In this document: piece after piece, positions 53,259 through 63,666 of the stretch
Layout of the letters: each line of letters opens with the position of its first letter
How positions within the stretch are numbered: position 1 is the first letter of the stretch
Source of the DNA: Anolis carolinensis
Taxonomy: Eukaryota
NCBI RefSeq assembly: GCF_035594765.1
Contig: NC_085842.1
Coordinates: forward strand, 306,017,749-306,081,748
Reading direction: 5' to 3'
Length of the DNA: 64,000 nucleotides
Position numbers and translations under genes: made by a program
Notes under the pieces: generated by a model
Seen by the model: the letters and a program-made list of their open reading frames with translations, nothing else
Database searches by the model: none
Told to the model about the DNA's origin: nothing

Positions 53259-53513
53259 TCATGCACTGTCTTGACAGGAATCATGGCAGGAACACACTGG
53301 GAGAAAATGGTCACTCTCCGTTTCATAGTTCTTTCTTCTTCTGCTTATTCTACATTTCATTTCTTTCCTGTAATGTCCTATAACATACAACTTCATGTAT
53401 TTGTTGATTTTGTGGGTGTTTTTCACCAGCTGTTCAAGCATTTCTCGATTGTTCTGGGTCAATTCGTTATTAGGTCCTGAAGCAGGTACTATCTTGGTCA
53501 TGCCCTGATTGGC
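53259..53513 (-). CDS. Nested family, copy D exon 2
   Basis: ttttttcAG acceptor. ANQGMTKIV...FLPVCSCHDSCQDSA*; spliced product 187 aa. ATTAAA on the - strand at 53128-53133. Confidence 0.8.
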   Translation of the reverse strand, partial: ANQGMTKIVPASGPNNELTQNNREMLEQLVKNTHKINKYMKLYVIGHYRKEMKCRISRRRKNYETESDHFLPVCSCHDSCQDSA

Positions 53514-54051
53514 CTGAAAAAACTGACAAAACAAGATCATTGTTATCAAACATAAGGGGGAAAACATGCATAGAGGTTTATCAAAATCGCCATTGTGTTT
53601 TTACTAGTTGTAGACTTTACTTTGGAGTCCTGCTCATAGCCTATATATCGTCCATTTTCCAACTCCTGCCCCCAGTTTGTTTTCTTATGTCTCCGTTCTA
53701 TGAGGTTGCAACTAAACTGTAGAATTACTGCAGTTTTACACCATTTTACCTGCTATGGTTCAATGCTATACGGAGGACAGCAGGAGAAGGAGCCCAAGCC
53801 ACCCTTCGATGCCAGCCTCCTCCAGAGTTGTAATTTCACAAGGTATTTAGAGTTGGGATGTCTCACCTTTCTACAGAACCCAGGATTCCATAGCATTGAG
53901 CCATGAGAGCTAAAGTAGTGTCAAATTCATATTTTCACTAATTCCTTGGAATCCTTGGCCATGCAAAAACATAATAAAATATGTAGGAAGCTCTAATTAC
54001 AAATGTGTAGCCCATCCCCTTCAATATATAATTCATACATACAAATCTTAC

Positions 54052-54360
54052 CTTGATGGTTTTAATGTGTCTCAGCAAAAGGCAGAGTATAACCAAACCA
54101 ATAATTGTAACGAGTAGCACTTTACCACTAGCATACAAGTTCTCTAGGCCAAAAATACTATGGAATATTTGACCAACTGAGCCATAAAGACTGTTAGATG
54201 GTGCTCCCATTGAAAGTTGATCTCCTTCCTGTTTCTTTGTATCGAAAGCAACATTTGCCCAGGTTGGTTTCTCACAATAGACAGCATCCTGATGCAAGAA
54301 GACTGAAGAGAAGATGGCTCCCAAGAGAAGCACATAATAGGAAGGGCCTGAAAGGACCAT
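54052..54360 (-). CDS. Nested family, copy D exon 1
   Basis: ATG at 54360 (MVLSGPSYYVLLLG...), 103 codons ending RHIKTIK, GTAAG donor at 54051. Indels relative to copy B keep the frame. Confidence 0.8.
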
Positions 54361-55339
54361 GATGCTGGCCCAGAAATGATTTCTCCCCCAGAAATGATTA
54401 GGATAGGAAGCCTTTAATACAGGTGCATCAGCCAATAAGGTGTGGAGAAATTCTACGATGTCATAAAGGAGTCTTTATAAGAAATAATCTGTAATGCTAT
54501 TGATGCCTCAAGGGAGCAACCAGACCAAGGTTTAAGTATGGAGAGATAGCTAAAACCAGGAATATCTATCTTTATACACTTGTCAAGTGAGAAGGGAGAC
54601 AAGCTTTCATTTCTTTAGTTCCCATTCCTTACTGAACTAAGCAAAAGAACATTAAAGAGTATATGCAGTTTGTAAATAGATGACATTAGATTTAAAAGTA
54701 TGTAATTGTAGTTTTGCAGTTTTGCGGAGAATGCAATAGGTTGTGATTTTAAAATGTGTTTTGATATTTTAGTACAATTGCATTGTTTTAATTTATATCA
54801 TGTCACATTTGCCATCCCACCCTTGCAATAAGAGACCAGATAATTTTGTGGATTGAAATATGGCCAACATTTATTTAAACTGTTATCTGAATTAACTTTT
54901 TTGACTTGCAAAATATAACTTAAGGGGCATGAACCTGGTATGTTTTTAAGCCGAGTTAGTGGCCTTCCCTGACCTACCCTTCAGCTAAACTGGGTGAAAG
55001 ACTTGAATCCCCGGATGTAGTCAAGTTTAGTGTCTCCAGGTTGACCACTCAGGAAAATATACGAAGACTTCTGTCCCAAGTCAAAAGGATTTTACGGAGC
55101 CAGAACTCTCCCCATTTTAAAGGCCATTTCCGTTCCGTTGGCTGTTTTCTGTCACAGATTAGGGGTACACGCCACTTTACCCCTATATCCCACCAGACTA
55201 ATAAATGGCCTTAATGCCCCTTTGCAAGTCCCCTAGGAACTGGTGATTGCCTGCATCCGAGAGATGGATACTGTGAAGTCTTGGCCCTGCCTTTTCCTCT
55301 CCTTTGCTTTAGTTCCCTATGTTTAGGTTTTCCCAATAG

Positions 55340-55620
55340 TGCTGCAAATCATTTGCAAAGACACTGAGTTTATCTTTCAAAAAGTGTGTCTATACACAGA
55401 TAACATGATAGTCTTAGGCTGTCTCAAAAACTCCATCAAAAGATTCAAAATATATGTAGCAAATAGAATATACAAGATCCTGTCTTGTTCCCAGCCATAT
55501 CACTGGATCCACATTGCCACAGAAGAGAATCCTGCAGATATTGCTTCCAGAGGTCTATCTGCCCAGAAGTTGCATCATTCCAGCTGACTGTCAAGTCCCA
55601 AGTGCCTTGCAGATCAAATC
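55340..55620 (+). mobile_element. BEL/Pao LTR-retrotransposon pol (RNase H) fragment
   Basis: YTDNMIVLG...RFKIYVANRI...WIHIATEENPADIASRG is the typical BEL/Pao RNase H signature. Confidence 0.85.
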
Positions 55621-55735
55621 CTAGCTCATACCAAGGACTCGCTGCATTTGTCATATGCAAAAATGTATTTTGAAGACTAAAGGCCGATGAGTTTTAAGGT
55701 GTTTCTTCTTTTGTTGCTCTAAAACTATTATTTAA

Positions 55736-55958
55736 TTATTTTCCTCTCCTTTTTTCCCTCCTCCCCTCCCCTTTTTCTTTCTTGCCTTTCCCCTTTCTCC
55801 CTCTCTCCCTTCTTCTTGACCAGGAATCATGGCAGGAACACACTGGGAGGAAACGGTCACTCTCCCTTTCATAGTTCTTTCTTCTTCTGCTTAATTTAGA
55901 TTTCATTTCTTTCTTGTAATGTCCTATAACATACAACTTCATATTTTTGTTGATCTTG
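55736..55958 (-). pseudogene. Nested family relic F: 3' half of exon 2 only
   Basis: MKLYVIGHYKKEMKSKLSRRRKNYERESDRFLPVCSCHDS is B/D-like. No acceptor, exon 1 or promoter is present, and it is fused to upstream-flank sequence. Confidence 0.8.
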
Positions 55959-56316
55959 GCTCTGCATTTTTGTATGCAGATGACATTAGATTAAAAAGTA
56001 CATAATTGTAGTTCATTTGTAAATGCAGTTTTGGGAGGAAGGCAATTAGCTGTCACTTTATAATGTATTTTTTTAATAATTTACTACAGTACAATTGCAT
56101 TGCTTTAATTTATATTGAGTCCCATTCGCCATCCCACCCTTGCAATAAGAGACCAGACAACAGTGTAGATTGAAACATGGACAATTTTTATTTAAAACAT
56201 GTGAATTAACTTTACACCTCCCCTTTTCCCTACTCCCTCCCCCTCCCCCCACTCAAACTCCCCCAACCTCCCCTCCCCCTCCCCACCCCCTCACCCTTTT
56301 TACCCTTCACTTACTC

Positions 56317-56628
56317 TCACACCCCTCTTCTCTTTTTCCCTCCTCCCCTCCCCTTTTTCTTTCTTGCCTTTCCCCTTTCTCCCTCTCTCCCTTCTTCTTG
56401 ACCAGAACTGGGGGAGAAACACACTTGGATTGAATCCTCGCTCTCATAGATCTTTCTTATTATTAATTGAGTTTGCAGTATTTTCCTTTCAACACGAAGG
56501 ATGTCCTTCATACATGTGTTCATTTCACTGGTGCTTTTCAGCAACTCTTCCAGTATGTTTGTACGGTGCTTTCTCCATTCATGTTCCGCTTCTAAAGCGC
56601 CTTGTCTCTCTCTCGTGTCCTGACTGGC
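56317..56628 (-). CDS. Nested family, copy E exon 2 with a basic Gly/Arg/Lys tail
   Basis: tttttcccAG acceptor. Open frame ASQDTRERQGALEAEHEWRKHRTNILEELLKSTSEMN...SSGQEEGREGERGKARKKKGRGGGKKRRGV*; spliced product 199 aa. AATAAA on the - strand at 56187-56192. Confidence 0.72.
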   Translation of the reverse strand, partial: ASQDTRERQGALEAEHEWRKHRTNILEELLKSTSEMNTCMKDILRVERKILQTQLIIRKIYESEDSIQVCFSPSSGQEEGREGERGKARKKKGRGGGKKRRGV

Positions 56629-56924
56629 CTGGGAAAAATGACAAACAAGATCATTGTATTAACGTAAGGAAAAAATAAATAAATAGAGGTTTATCACAAT
56701 GACCATTTTGTTTTACTCTCCCTATCTTTGTGCCTCTTAACAGAAGCTTGATGTGTAGATAGTAAGCATAGAAAGCACAGACTAAAGTGACATTTTCTCA
56801 AAGTGTCAGTCTGGCGTTAAATACAGGGAGGAGACCGGTAAAAAGTGCTGTAACCTTTGTGGAAGGTTCTTCTTGCAGGTGTAGAGAACAATACAAATAC
56901 ATTTTCATTAGAAATATGCAAATA

Positions 56925-57525
56925 CAGTAGAGTCTCACTTATCCAACATAAAAAGGCCGGCAGAATGTTGGATAAGCGAATATGTTGGATGTTTGTTTTT
57001 CGTGTCAGGAGCAACCGGAGTTGCTTCTGGAGTGAGACTTGGCCGTCTGCAAGGACGTTGCCCAGGGGACGCCCGGATGTTTTGATGTTTTACCATCCTT
57101 GTGGGAGGCTTCTCTCATGTCCCCGCATGGAGCTGGAGCTGATAGAGGGAGCTCATCTACACTCTCCCCGGGTGGGATTCGAACCTGGCAGCTTTCAGGT
57201 CAGCAACCCAACCTTCAAGTCACGAGGCTTTTATCCCCTAGGCCACCGGAGGCTCCTAATATGTTGGATAATAAGGAGGGATTAAGGAAAAAGCCTATTA
57301 AACATCAAATTAGGTACGATTTTACAAATTAAGAACCAAAACATCATGTTATACAACAAATTTGACAGAAAAAGTAGTTCAATACGCAGTAATGCTATGT
57401 AGTAATTACTGTATTTACGAATTTAGCACCAAAATATCACGATGTATTGAAAACATTGACAAAAAATTGCGTTGGATAATCCAGAACGTTGGATAAGCGA
57501 GTGTTGGATAAGTGAGACTCTACTG
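56925..57525. mobile_element. Tc1/mariner-type MITE with a nested SINE (56991-57257, - strand)
   Basis: TIRs and TA flanks; the inner SINE is flanked by the 12-bp duplication AATATGTTGGAT. Confidence 0.9.
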
Positions 57526-57588
57526 TAAAATAAAATGTGTGAGACACTCAAATGGGTGGACCATACTGTTCATTGTATAATGCATATA

Positions 57589-57818
57589 CAGTAGAGTCTC
57601 ACTAATCCAAGCTAAACGGGCCGGCAGAAGCTTGGATAAGCGAATATCTTGGATTATAAGGACTGATCAAGGAAAAGCCTATTAAACATCAAATTAGGTT
57701 ATGATTTTACAAATTAAGCACCAAAATATCACGATATATTGGAAACATTGACTACAAAAATGGCTTGGATTATCCAGAGGCTTGGACAAGCGAGGCTTGG
57801 ATTAGTGAGACTCTACTG
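57589..57818. mobile_element. Tc1/mariner-type MITE, internally deleted, in the copy E intron
   Basis: TIRs and TA flanks; ends about 13 nt from the copy E splice donor. Confidence 0.88.
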
Positions 57819-57832
57819 TATATAAATCTTAC

Positions 57833-58120
57833 CTTAATGTTTTTCTTGTGTTTCTGTGAAATGTAAATGATTGCTGTGTCAATCACTATGATAAGTATTA
57901 ATGCACCATAAATATACATCTCTGTGGTCATTTCTGTCAAATCTAAACCAAAAATGCTGGTGAAGACATTGGAAGGATCCCTCTCCGAAAGTTGCTCTTG
58001 TTCCTGTGGTGGCAAATCAAAGGCTGTTGTTGCCCAGGATGGTGTTTCGTAACTGAGAACAGTCTGTAGGAAGACTACAGTTCCCAAGAGAAGCATATAA
58101 GAACAGCCTCCAAAAGTCAT
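57833..58120 (-). CDS. Nested family, copy E exon 1 (most divergent)
   Basis: ATG at 58120 (MTFGGCSYMLLLG...), 96 codons ending KHKKNIK, GTAAG donor at 57832. Confidence 0.75.
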
Positions 58121-58427
58121 CCTTACTGTATGGTAGTCAACCAGAAATACTTCCGTTAGAGAAGCGTCAATATGAGAACATCAGGCCTGGAGAAATTCTA
58201 TGAGGTCATAAAGGTCTGCTGATCTTTATAAGAAGTCAATGATGTCACGAATACATCAAGGCAGCAGCCCAAGAGAGAGATGGGGGTGGGGAGAGAACAT
58301 ATCTTGCACATATTTACATATTGCTACTCATAAATGACAATCAGTTTGGGAAAGTATGTTGATATCTTACAAATCATGTTTTTTAAAAAAAGGCTTTCAT
58401 GAGATACTGTGTGTTGTGCTTCTATAG

Positions 58428-58670
58428 TAAAGGTAAAGGTTTCCCTTGGACATTAAGTCTAGTCGTGCCTGACTCTGGGGGTTGGTGCTCATCTCCATTT
58501 CTAAGTGGAAGAGCCGGCATTGTCCGTAGACACCTCCAAGGTCATGTGGCCGGCATGACTGCATGGAGCGCCGTTACCTTCCCGCCGGAGCGGTATCTAT
58601 TGATCTACTCACATTGGCATGTTTTCGAACTGCTAAGTTGGCAGAAGCTGGAGCTAGCAGAGGGTGCTCA
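58428..58670 (-). mobile_element. Sauria-type SINE, 3' part
   Basis: aaaggtaaaggt tail and core on the - strand. Confidence 0.85.
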
Positions 58671-58878
58671 TTCCATACTTCTCTGCAATCACACTATATT
58701 GCTGTTTTGGTGATAGACAAACCCACAGTCATTCTTCCACACCACCATACTAATCCAAAGAAATAAATCCAACCACATTTGGTTCAACTGGCACTTGGAA
58801 GTCATCATTTGTTAAGTCAGTTGTTTATTTTTACCAAAATATAACTCAATAGAGGTCCCATCTTGTTTGATAATTATA

Positions 58879-59200
58879 GGGTAAAGGTAAAGGTTTCCTC
58901 TGACATTAAGTCCAGTCGTGACCGACTCTGGGGGTTGGTGCTCATCTCCATTTCTAAGTGGAAGAGCCGGCATTGTCCGTAGACATCTCCAAGGTCATGT
59001 GACTGAACGGAGTGCCGTTGCTTTCCCGCCAGAACGATACCTATTGATTGACTCACATTTGCATGTTTTGAACTGCTAGGTTGGCAGAAGAAGGGGCTAA
59101 CAGCAGGAGCTCACCCTGCTCCCCAGATTCAAACCACCAACCTTTTAGTCAGCAAGTCCAACAGCTCAGCGGTTTAACCTGCTGCACTATCAGGGGCTCC
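58879..59200 (-). mobile_element. Sauria-type SINE
   Basis: ggtaaaggtaaagg tail through to the ggggctcc head. Confidence 0.85.
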
Positions 59201-61484
59201 TATGTACTTCCATAAATTTCATTATTACGATTTCTGCATCCTTTTCTCTCATAAGGGATTGGTTAATCACTAGTTGGCTAATCACACTGAGCTACTGTGT
59301 CCGAAATGATGCATGTCTAAATGATGCATGAAATGTTTGGAAAATAATTATCTGAGCCCACACTGCCATATAATCCAGTTCAATGTGGATTTTATGCAGC
59401 TGTATGGAAAGGGCCTTAGAAAATGAAAACTGAATACTTGAGGACAGGCCATGAGATCTGGCAACCCTAGTTGTCACCATCAGCATGCAGCAGGTTGCCT
59501 GATTTGGTAGTTTTGGGGTGGCATGGAGTTTTAGGCTCCTTCTACACTGCCCTATATCTCAGGATCTGCTTTGAACTGGATTATATGAGTCTCCACTGCC
59601 AAATAATCTGGGCTAAACAGATAATCTGGGATCAGATCCTGGGATATAGGACCAGTGTAGAAGGAGCCTCAGTCTTGCCATTCCTCTGACCTCTTTTGTA
59701 CCATTTTGGCTGAAATCACAATTGGCTGAGAAAGCAATGACCGGAGCAGCAGAGCGCTTGTCTGATTTAACAGCCAGTTCTTACTTTTTGGTATGCCCTT
59801 GAACAAGTGCTGTGATTAACGGTTTCTTATGAGACTATAATTTCATTTATATGGTGTGAGAAACTATGCTCCCATTGAGCAGGTGGCAAAACAAAGAAGG
59901 CATCAAATGAAGTAGAGGGTTACTTTGGTCTGGTAAGAGCCTTCAGAGAACTGTTTCGCTCTCTTGGCATGCCCTGAAAATGTAACGAAGCGAGCCAGAT
60001 TTACATTTCTGTGTAATTTTCTTTTATTGTTCATTATTTTACCTCTCGGGCCATAACAAAAAAAAAGTATGCAGTCTGGCAAATATGATGTAGTGGAAAA
60101 ATGAATGGGGTAGTAAACATGGATTGGAATACAAGGGGGGAGTCGTCAGGAAAAGTGACTCATGCTGCTTTTAATAATTAGGGGGAAGCAGGTAACTTGT
60201 TAGAAAGGAAGAGGACCTGGGTTTCCAATCCTCCGCAGCTGTTATTACTGTCCTTTTGAGTTAGCCCTTTCCACTACTTCCCAAGTGAAAACATTTCATT
60301 GCCAATTAAGCTACATCCCCCACAAGCTTCTTCTAGCTTTAATTTGCAGCAATTCAAGAGCTCCGTGTTTTAACTTAGTCAGTATTCCTGTAACAGTAAG
60401 AAGGAACACACAAGCATGAATAGACGCCAGCAAGCGGACTCCTGCCAAACAGTCCCGATTCAGTTAATAGTAGGAGCCAGATGTGGTGGATTATTTCCCT
60501 CCATCCATTTCTGCCAGTGGTTGGCTTGCTGCTTTCTTATCTTGAAGGTATAATTCAGAGCTCCAAACCAGTTAACATTTCATGAGAAATATTGAGGGCT
60601 TGAGAAAGGGGTGGAAATCCAACCTTCTTCATCCTATTAGCTTTACCAGGAGTGTAGCTACAGGAAAGGGGAGGCAAAAAGAAAGCATGCATTTCCCAAT
60701 ACAAATCACCAAATGAAATGTTCCTTCCATCTCCAAATGTCTAGCATTGTAGAGAGTGAAAAACAGAAAATCATTCATATTTAGACATGTTATTTTTGTT
60801 GTGTGCCTTGGGGTCTCCAATTTATGGAGATCCCAAGACAGAACTATCGTGGGGTTTCTTTGGTGAGAGTCACTTATATTTGCTTGGTAACTTTGCCTGC
60901 TACACCTTTTCTTTCGATACCTAAACTGTATTTCCAAATGCCCAACAGCATAAAAGGTGGATGGATTACAGTTCAGCTCTTTGCTCCTCCTCTGTCATAT
61001 ACATCACAGTCCTCTCTGATGGGTTACCTAGGGATATATGCTATTATGTTCCTCGGGACTATCAATTTCACCACCTCCTCCTTTTTTTCATATAGCACCA
61101 TTCCTGTAGATAGTGCTTTACGGGTAAAAGAACTACATTTCCCAGCCCTCAGGCTTAAAGTCTAATTAAGGCATACCACAAAAGTAAGAGGAGATTAAGT
61201 TCAGTAGATTCTGCGTTCTCCTGAGACAAGGGCACTTGCAGTTGGGATGGATGGAGGACTTTCCTCTGCTTCTACAGCTAGGCATGATGACCTGTGGCTG
61301 CCTCTCCTTCTCTCCCTCCAAGGCCTGAGCATTGGCCATCAGGATGGACAGAGGTCCCTTTCATCCCTTTCTGGGCCTAAGCATGATGGAGGTCATCTGC
61401 TTCTGTGCTTCTGTAAATATGGGTGGCGCATTATGGGACATTCCATGCCAAGTGGTCTAAAATTTTAGAAGTTCCTGTCAGTGT

Positions 61485-62018
61485 GAGATGACAAAGGGTG
61501 GTAAGATATCTTAAAGGTACTATTGATTATTGTCTAGTATTTGGAAACAATGGGGAAGATATTGTTTTGCTGACAGTTCTTTTGCTACTGATCAGGAGTG
61601 TAGATCTGTCTCAGGTATAATTGTAAAATTTGCTGATAATATGTTAGTATGGCGATCTCATAAACAGAACAATGTAGCACGTAGTACCACCGAGTCAGAA
61701 TATGCTGCTTTATGCAAAGTCATAAATGAGATCCAATGGCTACAACAGCTAATGTAGGAGAGCAGTGTAAAACTCCTATTGTGATTAAAGAGGATTCACA
61801 AGCCTGTGTTGCAATGACAGAAATTAAAAATCTAAAAAACCAGAACCAAGTATATAGGAGTCAGATATCACATAGTAAAGCAAATGATTGATGAAAATTT
61901 AGTTAAGTTACAATATTGTCCTACCGAATCCAATGTAGCAGACATTCTGACAAAGCCTTTACTACCTTCCAAACATGTAGAGTTGAGAAAACAATTGAAT
62001 GTAATGAATGTACAATAA
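61485..62018 (+). mobile_element. Ty1/Copia pol RNase H remnant (frameshifted)
   Basis: RYLKGT, ADSSFA..RSVSG, WRSHKQNNVARSTTESEY, RTKYIGVRYH and NVADILTKPL motifs across frames. Confidence 0.9.
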
Positions 62019-62029
62019 GTTGATCCATA

Positions 62030-62698
62030 TGTGTTTAGGTAGTGAAGCTTCACCTTGCTATATACACCAAACTGCACACCAGTTGAAATCTTTTCAGTTT
62101 ATTAGAAACTAGATGATAAAAAGTTCTTTAAAAAGCAAAAGTAAAGTTCCAAAAGTTAGTCACAAAATAAAGCCTTCGAGAATAATTCAGGAAATCACAA
62201 GGAATAAACAAAGTCCCATTAGAGCATGACAAAGTCCCAGGAACATGAACACATAGGCTGCAAGATAATGCAGGAAAACGAGAGCTTGCTTCTTGGTTGA
62301 ATGAAAGTTGCTTTGACAAATGTTTGTCTCCAAACAAATTGCTTTAATACCCTTTGCAAAACATGAAAAAATTTCTCTGGCCTCTAACCTCCCTCTTGTT
62401 TGCGATTCTCACACTCCTCCGAACCCTGAATTCCAAATGGTCCACTCGATCCAAAGAGCTCGTTTCATCAAGGTCAGCCTGCTCATTAGTTTGCTGAGCC
62501 TCGTTATCAGAGTGAGAACTGTCCTCCTTTTCTAAGTCAGTTTGCACCTGGTTAGTTTCAGTATCATCAGCATCATTCCTTGCTATGGGAAAATGAACTT
62601 GCACTCTCTGTTCCTCATTTTCTAAAGCAGGGACATTTTGAACCTGAATCCCATCATCCTCATCAGAGTCAATCTGAGATTCCAATTGAGTCACAACA
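62030..62698 (-). mobile_element. LTR-like element
   Basis: Starts TGTTG on the - strand, AATAAA (-) near 62098, organised like the 25812 LTR. The left boundary is approximate. Confidence 0.6.
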
Positions 62699-62726
62699 TA
62701 TTATGCTTGTGCTGGACATAATACTG

Positions 62727-63308
62727 CCAAATTTGCAACTACCCAGCATCTATAATCACCCTGTGGGAGCGCTTCAAATTTTCACTTTTGGCACAAACGG
62801 TAAAATCTACCCAAGTTCGAAGCCAATTATTTAAAAGCGTCTATCTGAATGTGTTTGTAAATAGTGTCACCTGAAAGAGAAAATGTTGCTCTACAAGACT
62901 GATATGTTTTTGTTTTACAATGCAACCATTAAATATCAATTTACTCAGGTCAAATTATTATATATCACATTGAAACCAGCATCCTCATTGCCATAGGGGA
63001 CATGCCCAATAGCCATGGAGCAACTAGCAGGACCACGAGGATGCATTAAGCATAATGCATACATGCACAAAATATAACATACTTTGACCTAAGTAAATGG
63101 GTACTTAATTGTCACATTGCAAAACAAAAACATATCTGTCTTGTGGAGCAAAATTTCCTCTTTCAGATGATACTATTCACAGGCATATGTAGATGTTTTT
63201 TAAATAATTGTTTTTGAACTTTGGTAGATTTTACCATTTGTGCCAAAAGTGCCAAATTTGAAGAGATTCTGCAGGGCGGCTATAGATGCCAGATAGTTGC
63301 AAATTTGG
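62727..63308. repeat. Long degenerate inverted repeat (~240-bp arms), probably an old MITE
   Basis: 62727-62965 is the reverse complement of ~63070-63308, e.g. cacttttggcacaaacggtaaaatctacc vs ggtagattttaccatttgtgccaaaagtg. Confidence 0.85.
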
Positions 63309-63438
63309 GTTGATGGGCTAAATTAATTTAAATTTAAATGAAAATTAAATTACATCTTTAGTAACTGATACATATCTGTACTAATAGTTCTTCTGCTTTG
63401 TCTCTTTCTTTTTCATTCCCCCATCCCTCCCATCTCAG

Positions 63439-63666
63439 AGTGAAATGGATGAGAATCAAATCCAGATGGCTGGTGATGATGTGGATTTGCCAGAAGACCT
63501 CCAGAAAATGGTGGCTGAAGATCAAGTAGAAGAGGAAGACAAAGATTCTATTCTGGGACAGTTTCAGAACCTCCAAAATATGGACATGGACACTATCAAA
63601 GAGAAGGCCCAAGCTACTTTCACTGATATTAAGCAGAAAGCTGAAGATAAATGTTCTGTAATGTAG
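63439..63666 (+). CDS. CPLX4: Complexin-4 coding exon 3 (CaaX box)
   Basis: ctcAG acceptor. Translates [21 protein letters not shown]...KAEDKCSVM*. The three exons total 167+88+228=483 nt, i.e. 160 aa plus stop. Confidence 0.96.
   Translation, partial: SEMDENQIQMAGDDVDLPEDLQKMVAEDQVEEEDKDSILGQFQNLQNMDMDTIKEKAQATFTDIKQKAEDKCSVM

Larger units (their letters stand above)
49468..59768. repeat. Tandem segmental duplication, unit 2 (contains D, F and E)
   Basis: Same anchors as unit 1; the units differ by independent TE insertions and deletions. Confidence 0.85.
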
